Source: Camelus dromedarius
Lineage: Eukaryota
Length of the DNA: 64,000 nt
Direction of reading: 5' to 3'
NCBI RefSeq assembly: GCF_036321535.1
Contig: NC_087472.1
Location: forward strand, 100,380,001 to 100,444,000
Shown here: positions 24,918 to 38,092 of the stretch, in pieces
Position numbering within the stretch: position 1 is the first letter of the stretch
Layout of the letters: each line of letters opens with the position of its first letter
Position numbers and translations under genes: made by a program
Notes under the pieces: generated by a model
What the model was told of the DNA's origin: nothing
What the model saw: only the letters and a program-made list of their open reading frames with translations
The model's database searches: none

Positions 24918-25760
24918 AAGTTAATATTTGATCTCAGAACTACCTGCCAAAGAGCCTATCCACTTAACTTCTTCACTTACTGCCTTCTTCCACATGCTAC
25001 GTTTTTGTTTGTTTGTTTTGAAATGTCTGTTTGGCTTTATTTGAAGGGAGCTGATCTTACACATAAAGTTCCCTATTTTTTGGGTGGACACTGATTCTTT
25101 TGACCCTTGACCCTAGGAACTATCTTCTGTAGCTATATATACATATTCATGGGTCTCTATCCTCTGCATAGTATGATGTCTTCTTATTCATGAATGTGTA
25201 ATTAGAAAGTCTCAAGGGCTGGCATTCAGTTTGACACAAGCACACATTTTAGTAACTGGCAAGCAATCTTTTTCCTTTAAACCAAAATAAACATTTGGGG
25301 GCATTTCTGGAAAATGTGATTAGGCAAATTTCAGTAAGATGCTGTTCATGGCTTTAGAAAGCTCTGTGTGGAGAAGGATTTACTTTATTGGTAGCTCAGG
25401 GGGTTCAGAGTCTCAATTGCACTCTTTGGAAAACTTGAATATTTATAATATAATTTTCTAAATGGATAAATGTTCTTGTGTTTGGGCAGAGCAGAGATTG
25501 TAAATGTAGGCTTGAATTGGAGCTTCACACTGGCTCCCAATTTCTTAAAGATTAAGTAAGAAAATATATTTAAAAACTTATTTTGGGATCTATATCCCTA
25601 GACGTAACTCAGTATCAAATAATGTGTAAGACAACCACACACATAATAGATTTTAAATAATGCATAAATATAATCCAATTTTCCCTTTCACAACCCTCGT
25701 GATTCATATTCTCTTAGCCACTGGCATTCTTACATATTCTTCCAAACTGATAAGATTGAC

Positions 25761-25848
25761 TTTTTTTTTTAATGGAAGTACTGGGGATTGAACCCAGGAA
25801 CTCATGCATGCTAAGCACACATCCTACCACTGAGCTATACCTCCCCCC
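25761..25848 (-). mobile_element. tRNA-derived SINE (camelid Vic-1-like)
   Basis: Reverse reads ggggggaggtatagctcagtggtagg...ggttcaatccccagtac; TSD taaga(t/c)tgactt at 25751 and 25849. Confidence 0.9.
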
Positions 25849-26005
25849 TAAGACTGACTTTTTTTTTTTTAACGGTTGTGTGACTAAGCAGAGATAGCTC
25901 CTTGTTAGAGCTATGGTGCTCCAGGCACCAGTTCACTACCTGGATATGTTCTGCCATAGGCATGCATATGTTAAGATAATTATGACTTATCAAAGTCCAA
26001 TTCTA

Positions 26006-27250
26006 TTTTTTTTAATTGAAGTACAGTCAGTTACAATGTGTCAATTTTTGGTGTACAGCACAATGTCCCAGTCATGCATATACATACATATATTTGTTTT
26101 ATATTCTTTTTCATTAAAGGTTATTACAAGATATTGAATATAGTTCCCTGTGCTATACAGAAGAAACTTTTTAAATCTATTTTTGTATATAGTGGCTAAT
26201 ATTTGCAAATCTCAAATTCCCAAATTTATCCCTGTCCACCCCACTTCCCCCAGTAGCCATAAGATTGTTTACTATGTCTGGGAATCTGTTTCTGTTTTGT
26301 AGATGATTTCATTAGTACCCTCTTTTTTTCTTTTTTCTTTTTAGATTCCACATATAAGTGATATCATATGATATTTTTCTTTCTCTTTCTGGCTTACTTG
26401 CTGCAAATGGCATTATTTTATTCTTTTTATGACTGTGTAGTAGTCCATCATATAAGTAGACCACCTCTTCTTTATCCAGTCATCTGTCGATGGACGTTTA
26501 GGTTGTTTCCATGTCTTGGCTATTGTAAATAGTGCTGCTATGAAAATTGAGGTGTGTGTATCTTTCTGAATTAGGAGTTTCTGGATATATGCCCAGGAGT
26601 GGGATTGCTGGATCATATGATAAGTCTATTTTTAGTCTTTTGAGAAATCTCCATACTGTTTTCCATAGTGGCTGCACCAGACTACAGTCCCACCAACAGT
26701 GTAGGAGGGCTCCCTTTTCTCCACAGCCTCTCCAGCATTTATCGTTTGTGGACTTTTGAATGATGGCCATTCTGACTGGTGTGTGAGGTGATACCTCATT
26801 GTAGTTTTGATTTTCATTTCTCTGATAATTAGTGATACTGAGCCTTTTTTTAATGTGCCTATTGGCCATTAGTATGTCTTCATTGGAGAATTGCTTATTT
26901 AGGTCTTCTGCCCATTTGTGGATTGGGTTGTTTGTCTTTTTGTTATTAAGTTGTATGAGCTGTTTATATATTCTGGAAATGAAGCCCTTGTCAGTCTTAT
27001 CTTTTACAAATATTTTCTCCCATTCCATAAGTTGCCTTTTTGTTTTGCTAATGGTTTCCTTTGCTGTGCAAAAGCTTATAAGTTTAATTAGGTCCTATTT
27101 GTTTATTTTTGCTCTTATTTCTATTGCCTGGGTAGACTGTCCTAGGAGAGCACTGCTAAGATTTATGTCATAAATGTTTTGCCTATGTTTTCTTCTAAGA
27201 GATTTATAGTGTCTTGTCTTATGTTTAAGTCTTTAAGCCATTTTGAGTTT
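26006..27250 (-). mobile_element. relatively young 5'-truncated L1
   Basis: Track ORFs 26498-27028 (MEWEKIF...[11 protein letters not shown]) and 26413-26616 are the L1 ORF2 C-terminus; 3' UTR and T-tail at ~26006. Confidence 0.95.
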
Positions 27251-27521
27251 CACAATAACTTTTTGAACATTTCACCCTAAAAAGAAATCCCATGTCCATT
27301 AGCAATCACTCCCCATATTCCCTTAAATCCCACTCTCCACCTTGCCTTCTCCAGCCCTAGGCAACCACTAATCTACTGCCTGTCTCTATATATTTGCCTA
27401 TTCTGGACATTTCATAGAAATGGAATTATGCAATATACACTTTGTGGCCTTGTATGGATGACCTCTTTCACTTAGCATCATGTTCTCAAGAGCCATCCGT
27501 GTTGTAACATGTATCAGTACC

Positions 27522-28268
27522 TGTTTTGTTTGGAGGCAAATTATGCTTAGAGACTGAGATTGTGTTTGCCAATAATTTATTTAACACAAGTTCAGTGCAG
27601 GAATTATAATAATTTCACAAGCCAATAGCATACAAGATAATGTCTCTTAATAAGCCAATAAAGAAATACTCCAAGCCAATGATAGATTAATCACACTACT
27701 GTTCCAGGTGAGGGGAAAATGAAAGGAAAAAAGTCCAAATTTAGCTGAGGTGTACCTTTCTATGAGTTGGTTCTCAGGAGAGTCGGATAAGCTAACCAAG
27801 AGCTGCTATCCAGCTGCGGGCACAAAAGTGAAAGTCCCTTGTTTCTAGCACACTGCCAGGGAACAAAGGCACTGGTGTTGGCGGGCAAGATGATCTCCTT
27901 CATGAGCCACTTCAGAGTTTTCACCACTGCTGACAAAGAGTGGCTTTGCCAGATGGGAGCTAATGCCCCAAGGTCTTTGGAGAACTTTTTAGATCAGCAC
28001 AGAGTAGACTCGCCCAGACTGAACACTCTCTAGTTGCTGGTCAAACTTCTTGGTATTTATAGCTTAAACATCCCCCAGCCATAGTGGTTCCTCCACATGT
28101 TTAATAGCTCAGTAGCCGAGCTGAGTGCTTATCGACAACCACAGACATTGATGACAACATCCTAACATAGTCACCTCAGTAGTAAACAACTTCACTCTTA
28201 GAACTAAACGACCTCATTCTTAGAGCAAAACAAGTGGGTTTGAAATCGTATCAAACCAATCCACAACA
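27522..28268 (-). mobile_element. 747-bp solo LTR with 5-bp TSD
   Basis: TG...CA ends; GTACC at 27517-27521 and 28269-28273; reverse AATAAA ~27576 and reverse TATAAA ~28055; the host L1 resumes seamlessly. Confidence 0.85.
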
Positions 28269-28838
28269 GTACCTCATTTGTTTTCATGAACAAATAATAT
28301 TTTATTGTATAGATACACTGTCTTTGGTTTATCCATCCATCAGTTGATGGACATTTGGGCTGTTTCCATTTCTTGGCTATTATGAATAATGCTGCTATGA
28401 ACATTCATGTGTAGGTTTTTGTGTAGACATATGTTTTCATTTCTCTTGGGTATACACCAAAGAGTAGAATTGCTGGATCATATGGTAACTCTTTGTGAAA
28501 CCTTTTAAGGAACTGTCAAACTGTTTTCCAAACAGCTGCACCATTTTATGTTCCCACCAGCAGTACATCAGTGTATGAGGGTTCCGATTCTCCATATCCT
28601 TACCAATACTTGTTATTATCTCTTCTTTTAATTATATCCAACCTAAATGGTGTAAAATGGTATCTCATTGGGGTTTCGATTTGTATTTCCTCGATGACTA
28701 ATGCTGATGAACAAATTTTCATGTACTTATTGGCTATTTGTATGTCTTCAGAGAGATGTCTGTTTAGATCCTTTGCCTGTTTTTAAATTGGGTTTTTTTT
28801 TTTACTATTGAGTTGTAAGAATTCTTTATATTTTCTAG

Positions 28839-28973
28839 GGGAGGGAATAGCTCAAGTGGTAGAGTACATGCTTAGCATGCACAAGGTCCTGGGTTCAATC
28901 CCCAGTATCTCCCTTAAGATAACCAAATAAATAAAATAAACCTAGTTACCCTTCCCAAAGTTAAGAAAAAAAA
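28839..28973 (+). mobile_element. tRNA-derived SINE (Vic-1-like)
   Basis: A box tagctcaagtgg, B box ggttcaatcc, A-tail; ~22-bp TSD at 28817 and 28974 with 3 mismatches. Confidence 0.92.
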
Positions 28974-29029
28974 AAGAGTTCTTTGTATTTTCGAGAAACA
29001 AGTCCCTTATCAGTTATATGATTTGCAAA

Positions 29030-29580
29030 TGAAAGGGAGCAGAATTTGCCACCCCAAAATATGCCTCTTTGGTATGTTGATTATTTTGAGCTGATTATTT
29101 TTGAGAGTCTGTAAACACAGGAGAATCTCTGAAAACAAAGTAGAAGTTGCCCTTTTATTAGAGACATTTATATTCATAAGGAAAATCTCCATTTGTAAGG
29201 GTGTCTCCATTTCTGTACCAGGAAGAGGAGAATGACTATATCTTTAGAAACTCTTATCAAGGGAGAAGGCATGAACTTACATCTGCAAAACAACCTTACT
29301 CTTGTTTACTGTACTTTGCCTAGTAACCTCCCATAGCTGGTCTCCCCACCCCCAACATCCTCTTTTGTCTTCAGCTGGAGATGGTATTGAAGGTAATGAT
29401 TTGGGCCATGGCAGAGACTTACTCTGTTTTCCTGGATATCTCCAAGGTATACAGGAGATATACATTTTATAAAACTTCTATTTGTTTTTCTCCTGTTAAT
29501 CTGACTTTTTATTATGGGGGAGGGAAATCTCAGCCAAGAACCTAAAAGGGTAGAGGTAAAATTATTTTTCCTCCCATACA
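29030..29580 (+). mobile_element. MER34/MER39-like ERV1 solo LTR, family B copy 1
   Basis: tgaaagggagcagaatttgccaccccaaaatatgcc...cccataca; perfect CAAA TSD. Confidence 0.88.
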
Positions 29581-31929
29581 CAAATATTTTCCTTCATTCT
29601 GTGAGTTGTCCTTTATATTTTCTTGAGAAAATACAACAGTTCTTAATTTTGATAAAGTACAAGTTTTTCTTTTTCTTTTTTTATTTTCCTTTGTTTTGTT
29701 TTCTTTGATAAAGTACTTTTTTGTTGTTGTTTGTGCTATTGGTATCATGTCTAAGAAACCATTGCCTAAACTGTACTTCAAGAAATAAAGCAAAAAGAAA
29801 AGAAAAGAAAAAAAAAGCTTGGCTAATCCAAGCCCAGGGGGATATAGGCCTATGTTTTCTTCTAAGGGTTTTACAGCTTTTGCTCTTCTATTTAGGTCTT
29901 TGATTCATTTTGAGGTAACTTTTGCATGTGGTGTAAAGCAGGGAGGGATCCAACTTAATTCTTTTGCATGTGGGTATCCAATTGTCCCAGAACCGTTTGT
30001 TGAAAAGACTATTCTTGCCTTATTGAATTGTTTTGGCATCCTTGTTGAAAATCAATTGACTGTCAATGTGAAAGTTTATTTCCAGACTCTTAATTCTATT
30101 CCACTGATCTACAGATAAATGTCTGTCCTTATGCCAGTAGCATACTGTCTTGTTTAATGTAGCTTTGTATTAAGTTTTTAAATTGGTAAGCTTAAGTCCA
30201 TTCATTATTCTTTTTCAAGATTGTTTTGGCTATTCTGGGTCCTTTCCATGTCCATATGAATTTTGGGAGGAGCCTGTAAATTTCTGTAAAAAAGTCAGCT
30301 TAGATTTTGCATTTAATCTGTAGATCAACTTGAAGACCATTGCCATCTTAACAATTTAATTCTTCTCATCCATGAACATGGATGTCTGCCCATTTATTTA
30401 GGTCTTTAATTTCTTTCAACGGTGTTTTACGGTTTTCAGAATGTAAATTTTGAATTTTTCTCTAATTTTATTGTTGAGTGTTTTATTCTGTTCAATGCTA
30501 CTGCAAATGGAATTGTTTTAATTTCATTTTCTAATTATTCATTGTAAGTATATAGAAATGCAATTGATTTGTGTGTTTTGGCTTTGTATTCTGCAGCCTT
30601 TCTGAAATTGTTTATTACTTCTAGCAGATTTTAGAGAAATATTTGGGATTTTCTACACATAACGTCATGTTACCTATAAAAAGAGATAGTTTTACTTCTT
30701 CCTTCCTAATTTGGCTTCCTGTTATTTCTTTTTCTTGCCGAGTTTTCTTAGCTAGAACCTCTAGTACAATGTTGAGTTGAAGTATTGAGAGCAGACATCC
30801 TTCTCTTGTTCCTGATTTTAGGGAAAACCATTAAGTATGATGTTAGCTGTGGGGACTTTTTGTAGATGCTCTTTATCAGGTTGAGAAAATTCCCTTATGT
30901 TCCTAGTTTGTTGAGTGTTTTTATCATGTAGAGGTGCTGAATATTTTCAAATGCTTTTTCTGAATCTCTTGAGATGATCATGTGGTTATTCCCTTTATTT
31001 TATTAATATAGTGTGTAACAGTAATTGATTTTTACATGTTAAACCAACCTGCATTCCTGGGATAAATTATACTTGGCGACAGTGTATAATCGTTTTTATA
31101 TGTTGTTGTGGATTTTTACATCTGTATTTATGATAGATATTGGTCTGTTGTTTTCTTTTTTTATGATGTCTGAGCCTGGTCTTGTTATCTGGGTAATACT
31201 GGCCTCATAGAATGAGTTGGGAAGCATAACTTCCTCTTTTATTTTCTGCAAGAGTTTGCTAAGAATTAGTATTAGTTCTTTAAATATTTGTTAAAATTCA
31301 CCAGTGACGCCACCTGGGGCTGGTGCTTTTCTTTGTGGGTAGTGTGTTTGGTTATTTATCTACTCTCTTTACTTGTTACAGGTCTACTCACATTTTCTAT
31401 TTCTTCTTGAGTCAGTTTAAGGAGTTTGTGTCTTTCTGGAAATTTTTCATCTAAGCTAGCTAGCTAAGTTATCTAATTTACTGGCATACAGTTGTTAATA
31501 GTATTACTTTATAATCCTCTCTTTCTTTAAACTTGGTAGTAATGACCCTTCTTTCATTTCGGATATTAGTAATTTGAGTCTTCTCTCTTTTTCTTGGTCA
31601 GTATAGCTAGATTTGTTAATGTTGTTGATCTTATCAAAGAGCCAACTTTTGTTTCATTGATTCTGTTGTTTTTCTTTTTTCATTCTATTATTTTTCTACT
31701 TATTAATTTAAACTCTAATCCTTATTATTTCAATGTTTCCTTTTATAATGAAAAAACAGTGGCTGTAAGAGGCAAAGAGATTTGCCCTAAGAAATTTTGT
31801 CCTTTCTTTTAAACGTAACTCTTAAGCTTTGGAAGTACAAAATGAATCAAGCATCAAGACTCAAGATGCATAGTCCAGGGTTTTCATATGGCCCTGTCCA
31901 TCATAATTAATTAATTTTGTGTGAATGAG

Positions 31930-32220
31930 TGTGTTAGAGAGTGGCCAGCTGATCATTAAAACTAGATCCTCTTTCTCCCAAGCACTTACGTGAACTGCAT
32001 TTCCCAGCCTCCCTGCAGTTAGGTATAGCCATGTGACTGAGCTCTAGCCTGGCCAATGAAATGCCAGCAAAAGTGAAGTGCACCATCCAGACTTGCCCGA
32101 AAGAATTATCCACTCACAGTCCTCTCTTCCTTCCCCCTACCTGATGGCTGGATGTTGGCCCCCAGGGCAATCTTGAAAGCCACAGGTTGCAGATGGTAGA
32201 GCCTCTCTTACTGGCTGTGT
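31930..32220 (+). mobile_element. MLT1-family MaLR LTR fragment
   Basis: catttcccagcctccctgcagttagg...ccatgtgactgagctct...gccaatgaaatg. Confidence 0.7.
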
Positions 32221-33397
32221 CTACCCTATTCATCCACACTCAAGAGCAGTGTAACCAAGTTCCTTCGTGATTTTTGTTATAAAGAAGAAAGAGTTGAAAC
32301 TTTCCAGAATTCAACCTTGAGACTCTAAACCCTGTAGATACAAAGTTTTCCCACTTGAAGCTGCTGTAACTTCTGTGTGCCTGAATCTTTAGAATTTGCA
32401 TGGTGATTTAGGAGGTGTAAGGGCTGTCACATATTATCTCATTTAGTCCCCAAAACAGCCTTAGAATGTAATGTCAATGAGAGTGGAGAATATGTATATC
32501 CTGGCCCTCTCCTCATCCCCAGCACCTCCCATAGTGTCTGGCACGTAGTAGGTACTCAATAAATACTTGCTGAATGAATAGATAGGAAACCTTGATTAGT
32601 TTGAGAGCATGGAGAGAGAGACTTACAAGAACCTATAAGCATTTTAAACTGCAGTTCTTTTATCTAGAGCAGTATTGTACAGTATCTGTGCCTGGCACAT
32701 ACTAGGCATACAATAATATATATTATTTATATATGTATAATGTATGTATATGATATATATCATGTATTATATATCCTTATTAAAAACTTTATTATTATTA
32801 AATACTTTAATATAGCACAATTTTAGTAATTTATTTATATAAATATATATGTAATTGACATTAAAATGACTTTAGAATTTGACCATCTAGACAGAGTAAA
32901 CCTGACAAATAGGCAGAATCCAGTAAGAGACATTCAAGTGTTTCAGCCCTCTAAAATAGGATAAAATTTCATAATAGAGTAAGGCCATATATAGAGTAGG
33001 TAAATCCAATCAGACAGTGAAGCACTGTGGTTTGAAGGGTCTCTTATTGACTCTTATCAGATAAAAAAGGTAAAAGAATTTACAAAAGTAAATAGGCCTT
33101 GACTTGAACTTACTCAGGGGATTCTGAGAGCAAAACTAACTTCATTTATGGGCTCTGAACTTGGAGTTGCCCACTGGGATACCCACTATGAAAAAATGGG
33201 GCTGGAGGTGGGGGCGAGAGTGGACACTATAAGGCAGTTTGGGTTGTAGGGAAAAGTTGCTATGAATGTCTATGGCTCTAGATCTCCCATTCTGACCAAA
33301 TCTCAGTCAACTGAGACAATAACCCCAAAATTTACTTGCAGTGTGACCCCAAATTGCTTGCAATGACATCATTGTCTCCTTAAATAGTACTTTTAAC

Positions 33398-33618
33398 CAG
33401 AGTTTCTTCCCCTTAGCACTATTGGTATTTTGCACTGAATAACTCCCAACTGCAAGGGACTGTCCTTTGCATTGTAGGATATGGTAACAGCATCCCTAGT
33501 CTCTACCCACAAGATGCCAGCAGAACCTCTCCCCCATTCACATTACAACAAGAAAAATGTCTCTGGACATTGGCAAATGTGCCCTGAGAGGCAAAATCAT
33601 CCTCGACTGAGAACCACT
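33398..33618. mobile_element. MER20 hAT MITE
   Basis: gcactattggtattttg...gcattgtaggat...agcatccctagtctctacccac...aaaatgtctctggacattg...tgagaaccact. Confidence 0.85.
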
Positions 33619-34576
33619 ACCTTAACCCTACAAAGATTTACTTACAGTTAAGTATAGAGCTAAATAAATAAATCAAACCCATAATATTAATATTTTTGTG
33701 TTATGTGTGGGAAATCCTTGTGCATATCTACTTGCAACATTTAAGATAATTTTCAATATTTGTCTAACAAATTGGCCTTATGTTTCTAACTTAAAACGTG
33801 TACATGAGTAATTGATTTAGGCTTGTGACTAGTTTACCAAGCTTGCAGACAGTATTAGAATATTTGAAAGAACTTATTTAGAAGTTTAATTTATTAGATT
33901 TTTTAGACTCAGTGACATTCTTGAGGAAGTTCTTTGTTAGGAAACAATTGATGTATTTAAACAGAAAATAAAAGATATTAAATGTATAAATTTGATTTAG
34001 AATTATTTAAAAGAATGTAATTGTCAAAATTCCTGTAAAATTGTTGATAAAATGCAATTATATTTATAAAGAAAACAACAAGATTTGTAAGTTGATCTTA
34101 ACATCTTAAGGAAAATCTCAGTTTTTAAGTTTTAAAATTTGTTAATTTAATTTAAGTCGAATATTATTTCCAAGAACCAAATTAGCCTCTGAATATTTTC
34201 TGTGTGTGAAAGCCATCCTTGAGGACACAAAAGAACTTCACATTGACAATAAGAAGTTAGTTGCCTCATAAGGGGTGTGACCGATGGTTTTGCACATAGT
34301 CCCTGGGGGCTCTGAGGAACAGTCTTACGTCTTTTTATTTCACAGAATCACTTTCTGGAATGATGAATAAAATGTATGACTAAAAATGAGAAAATCAAGG
34401 GGGATAATGTGAGGAAAAATATTGCCTCAAAATGAGGGGAAATGGGAGGCATTAATGTCCTGGGGTTTTTAAAATTTCTTTTGAGGGAAAAATGTTCAGG
34501 ATGAGGTGTCAATACTCTCTGAAATCAATTTTCTAAAAATATGGAATGGGAAGATATTGTTTAAAAGTATCTAGAA

Positions 34577-35000
34577 CAGTGTTTCTTAAATTTTAATGTC
34601 CATACAAATCACTTGGGGATCTTGTGAAAACACCAGTTCTGGGCTGAAAGTGGTAGCTAATGCTATGCAGGTAATCATTTTACAGTATATAAATGTATCA
34701 AATCAATATGTTGTGCATCTTAAACTTGTAGGATGTTATATGTCAATTATATCTCAATAAAGCTAGAAAAAATTTTAGAGTTTAAAAAAGTTAAAAGTAG
34801 CACAACCAATTTTCAGGAGAGTTGAGTTTATGATTAAAATTACTTGTTTAAAAAATTGTATATAAGTTGTACTGTTAAAAACACACGTGCGCACACACAC
34901 AGTTCTGATGCAGTAGGTCTGGAGTGGGACCTGAGGTTCTGTGTTTGTAACAAGGCCCCAGGGCTACTACTGGTCTCAGGACCACACTTGAAGTAGCAAG
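34577..35000. mobile_element. MER5-like MITE interrupted by an L1 tail (34642-34876)
   Basis: cagtgtttcttaaa...gatcttgtgaaaa | L1 end tgtcaattatatctcaataaagct | agttctgatgcagtaggtctgg...gaccacacttgaagtagca. Confidence 0.7.
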
Positions 35001-36149
35001 AAATCAGAGGATCAGGCATTATAATTCTGTTTTCTAAAGACAAAGAATAGCATTAACAGCCTCAAGCAAATTCCAGAAGAATTTCTGCCTTTGTAAGAGA
35101 GGGAAAAGAAATGAGTAGGGTCTTAGCTGGTGGTCTTAGTTTCCTCATTCACATAGGTGCCGATGGAGGCTTCCATCCTCAGAGACATGGATATCAGCAA
35201 CCAATATCAATACTCATGTTGGACCAAGATTGCTGAGTGTCAACATTCTTAGATCTTCATGCTGGGGCCAAAGACTGAGTGTTCCAGAATAGAACAGAAG
35301 GCTTAGGCCAGGAAACAAAGTATAGGGTTTCTTTTCTTCCCACAGAACATCAAGGTCTTTGCATCTCAGTGTCTGACTTCTCTTGCTGGTTGAATCTTGA
35401 GAATGTGAAAGAAATGGGTCTATGTCTCAAAATTCATGGTCAATAACAATCTTCTAGGTGAAAAAAAGCAGCAAGTGAAAATAAAGTGTTAGAAGAATCA
35501 GAAAATAATCTTATAAAATGAGACTGATTTGGTAAAGCCTCAGGTAGTAAATGCTATATTCAAGGAACTTGGGGTTTAGGTTTGTGTTGATCTCTCAATT
35601 TGTTTGATAATATGGTGAACCCCAAGTCCAGAAAACACAAAATCTTTTTTTTAAATCACAATGTCACTGAATTCTTTGGTTATTGATTTTCACTTGTATT
35701 TAGTTATCCTCAAAGTGTAGATACAGCATTTGAAACAAAATGGAAAAAAAATTAAGCTAATAATGATGTTCTTGCTCTCTGAATAAACTCTGTTTTAAAT
35801 AGAATATGCCAAGCAAGGTAATTTTTTAAAGTCGTAATTAGTTTTTTATTTATTTTTTTTTCTAAAGTAAAAAATAACTGTATGGCTGTCAAGGGCACTG
35901 AAGATAGGCAATGCAGAAATAGATCTGATTTAATTTACAAAAAAAGTCCCCCCAAACTTGGTTCTGAGGTATTTTCCCTTATAATTAAAACACATTTGTA
36001 TTTTACATCTTTAATAATAAGTAACTTAGGGAATAAATGTTTATTTTAGTTAAAGAACAGTACAAAGACTAAAATATTAATGACGGGTCTAGAAAACATT
36101 TGAGAGGAAGGGATGGAAATAGAATGATGTATCTTGAGAATTATCAGTA

Positions 36150-36790
36150 CAAATATTAGTAATGACTAACACTGATTGAACATTTACTGTGTGCTGGATA
36201 GTCTATTAAATTCTCAACACCAATTGCTTTTCAAATTGTAACATGTATAAGAATCATTTGGGAATCTTTAAAATGCAAATTCTGCTTCAGTAGGTCTGGG
36301 GAGAAACCTGAGATTTTTGTATTTCTAAGAAGCACCCAAGTGGTACAGATACCACTGTCTGGGTTTGTGAACCAAACTTTGGATGGTGAAATTTTAGTTA
36401 GATCATCTCATTGAATTCCCACAGTAACTCTATGTATTATTAATGTCTCCATTTTACAAATAGAGAAACTGAATCCTAGGGAGATTAAATGACTTGCCCA
36501 AGTAGTGAGGCTGCCATTCTGACTCATTTAAATGTACATTTTTAAGTTAGAATGATTTAGCCGTTGGTTCTCAACCCTGGCTATACATTAGACCCACCCA
36601 AAGAGCTTTTAAAAATACTGATGGCCCCATCATTTAAATCAGGTTCTCTGGAGATGGGACCTAAGTATCAGTATTTATTTCAAGCACCATAGGTGGTTGT
36701 AATGGGCAATCAAGTCTGAGTACCATTGATCTGAGTCAACTCCATTCTTTTACAAGTAAGGAAACTGAGGCCCCAGAAAGAGTCAGTGTT
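36150..36790. mobile_element. MIR fragments with nested MER5-type MITEs (~36225-36385, ~36560-36730)
   Basis: MIR ccattttacaaatagagaaactga; MER5 motifs ggttctcaaccctggct and aaatgcaaattctgcttcagtaggtctggg. Confidence 0.7.
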
Positions 36791-37399
36791 TATAACAAAG
36801 AACCCAGGCCCCCTGAGTCAATCAATATCCTAAAAAGAAGCCACTGTAATACAGGCTGGGGTTGGGGAGGGGAAGATATTTATCTTTGTTGAAAAAAACC
36901 TTAATTTAAAACTTATTAGACTATCAACTAACAAAAGCCTACAGGGCACTTACTACAAGACACTGAAGAGGATCTAAATTAAAGTAATTTAAATTTTTGT
37001 GAGGAAAAAGATACATGACTGTGTTTCCAGAGACAAAGCAGGATCAGAATGAGTCTCAGAAACCCAAAAGAATGTAAAGAGTGGTGGATATGCTGGGTCT
37101 TAGCATAATTCCTCTAGTCTCTACTGGGAGAAAAGAGAAGAAAAGAACAACAATCTGAAATTTGATTGGGCACAGTAAAATTGCGTGAAAATCTCAAGAT
37201 ATTTCACATCTACCCCCAGTGTGCATAAGATCATTAATTTTGAAGATTTCTGGATTCACTAAGAAAAGTTTACACTAGTTCTGAAATGATTCATCCATTC
37301 ATTCAACAAATATTTGTTAAGCACCTGCTATGTACTAGGGCACTAGATCTTAAAAATATGGCAGTGGACAAGACAGAGGGAGAGGTTAGGGTGTGAGAA

Positions 37400-37855
37400 G
37401 GGTATTGCCCATCCTAATGCTCTAGTCCAGGACTTCAAGAAAAAGCATGTGACTTAGGCTTAGCCAAGCATAATACTCCATCCTCCTCACCATACGATGG
37501 TCCAAGCCAGGTCAGTGAGAGTCTGTCCCTGTGATTATTATACACTGAACCAGGAAGCAGGAGTTCTGTTTCCTCTCTGGGATTGCTATCTGGGCAATAT
37601 AAGCTGGGGCTGTCTACAGCCATGTCTCATGCAGCTTATAGCATGGAAGAAGCCTTGAGTAGAGGAAGGGGGGCCAATTGGGACCAACTGCTAAGAGAAA
37701 GAGAGAAATCTGATGACATAATTTGAATTCCTGTATTCAGAATCCACTCCACTTCTGTTCTTCCCAGATATGTGAGCTGATAAATTCCTTTTCTTACTTA
37801 AGCTGGTTTGAGTCAAGTTTCTGTCACTTGTACCTGATGGAGCCCTGACTCAGAC
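37400..37855 (+). mobile_element. old MLT1 (K/L-like) LTR
   Basis: gtgagctgataaattccttttcttacttaagctggtttgagtcaagtttctgtcacttg. Confidence 0.7.
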
Positions 37856-37907
37856 TTACAGACTCATTGAATGAACAAGCAATAGGAACCTTTGAGTTCG
37901 TCTAATA

Positions 37908-38092
37908 CAGTGATTCTCAGAGTGTGGTCCCTGAACCAGCAGCCTCAGCCTCACTAGGGAACTTGTTTGAGATGCAGATCCTGGAATCCTACCCCAAACT
38001 TACTGAATCAGTGAGCCTGGAGGAAGGGCCCAGCCATAAATTTTAACAAGCCCTCCAGAAGATTTCAATCCACACAACAGTTTGAAAAACTG
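37908..38092. mobile_element. MER5A MITE
   Basis: cagtgattctcagagtgtggtccctgaaccagcagc...ttttaacaagccctccag. Confidence 0.85.

Larger units (their letters stand above)
27251..31690 (-). mobile_element. older L1 (L1MB-like), interrupted by two LTRs and a SINE
   Basis: ccagccctaggcaaccactaatctact...ttgcctattctggacatttcat 3' UTR, then continuous antisense ORF2 motifs to ~31690. Confidence 0.85.

Noticed and set aside
26413..27028. ORFs similar to L1 ORF2
   Set aside because: Frameshifted, 5'-truncated L1; neither a host CDS nor an active element.
28839..28915. tRNA-like sequence with A and B boxes
   Set aside because: It is a SINE head: A-rich tail, TSD and multiple diverged copies in the window.
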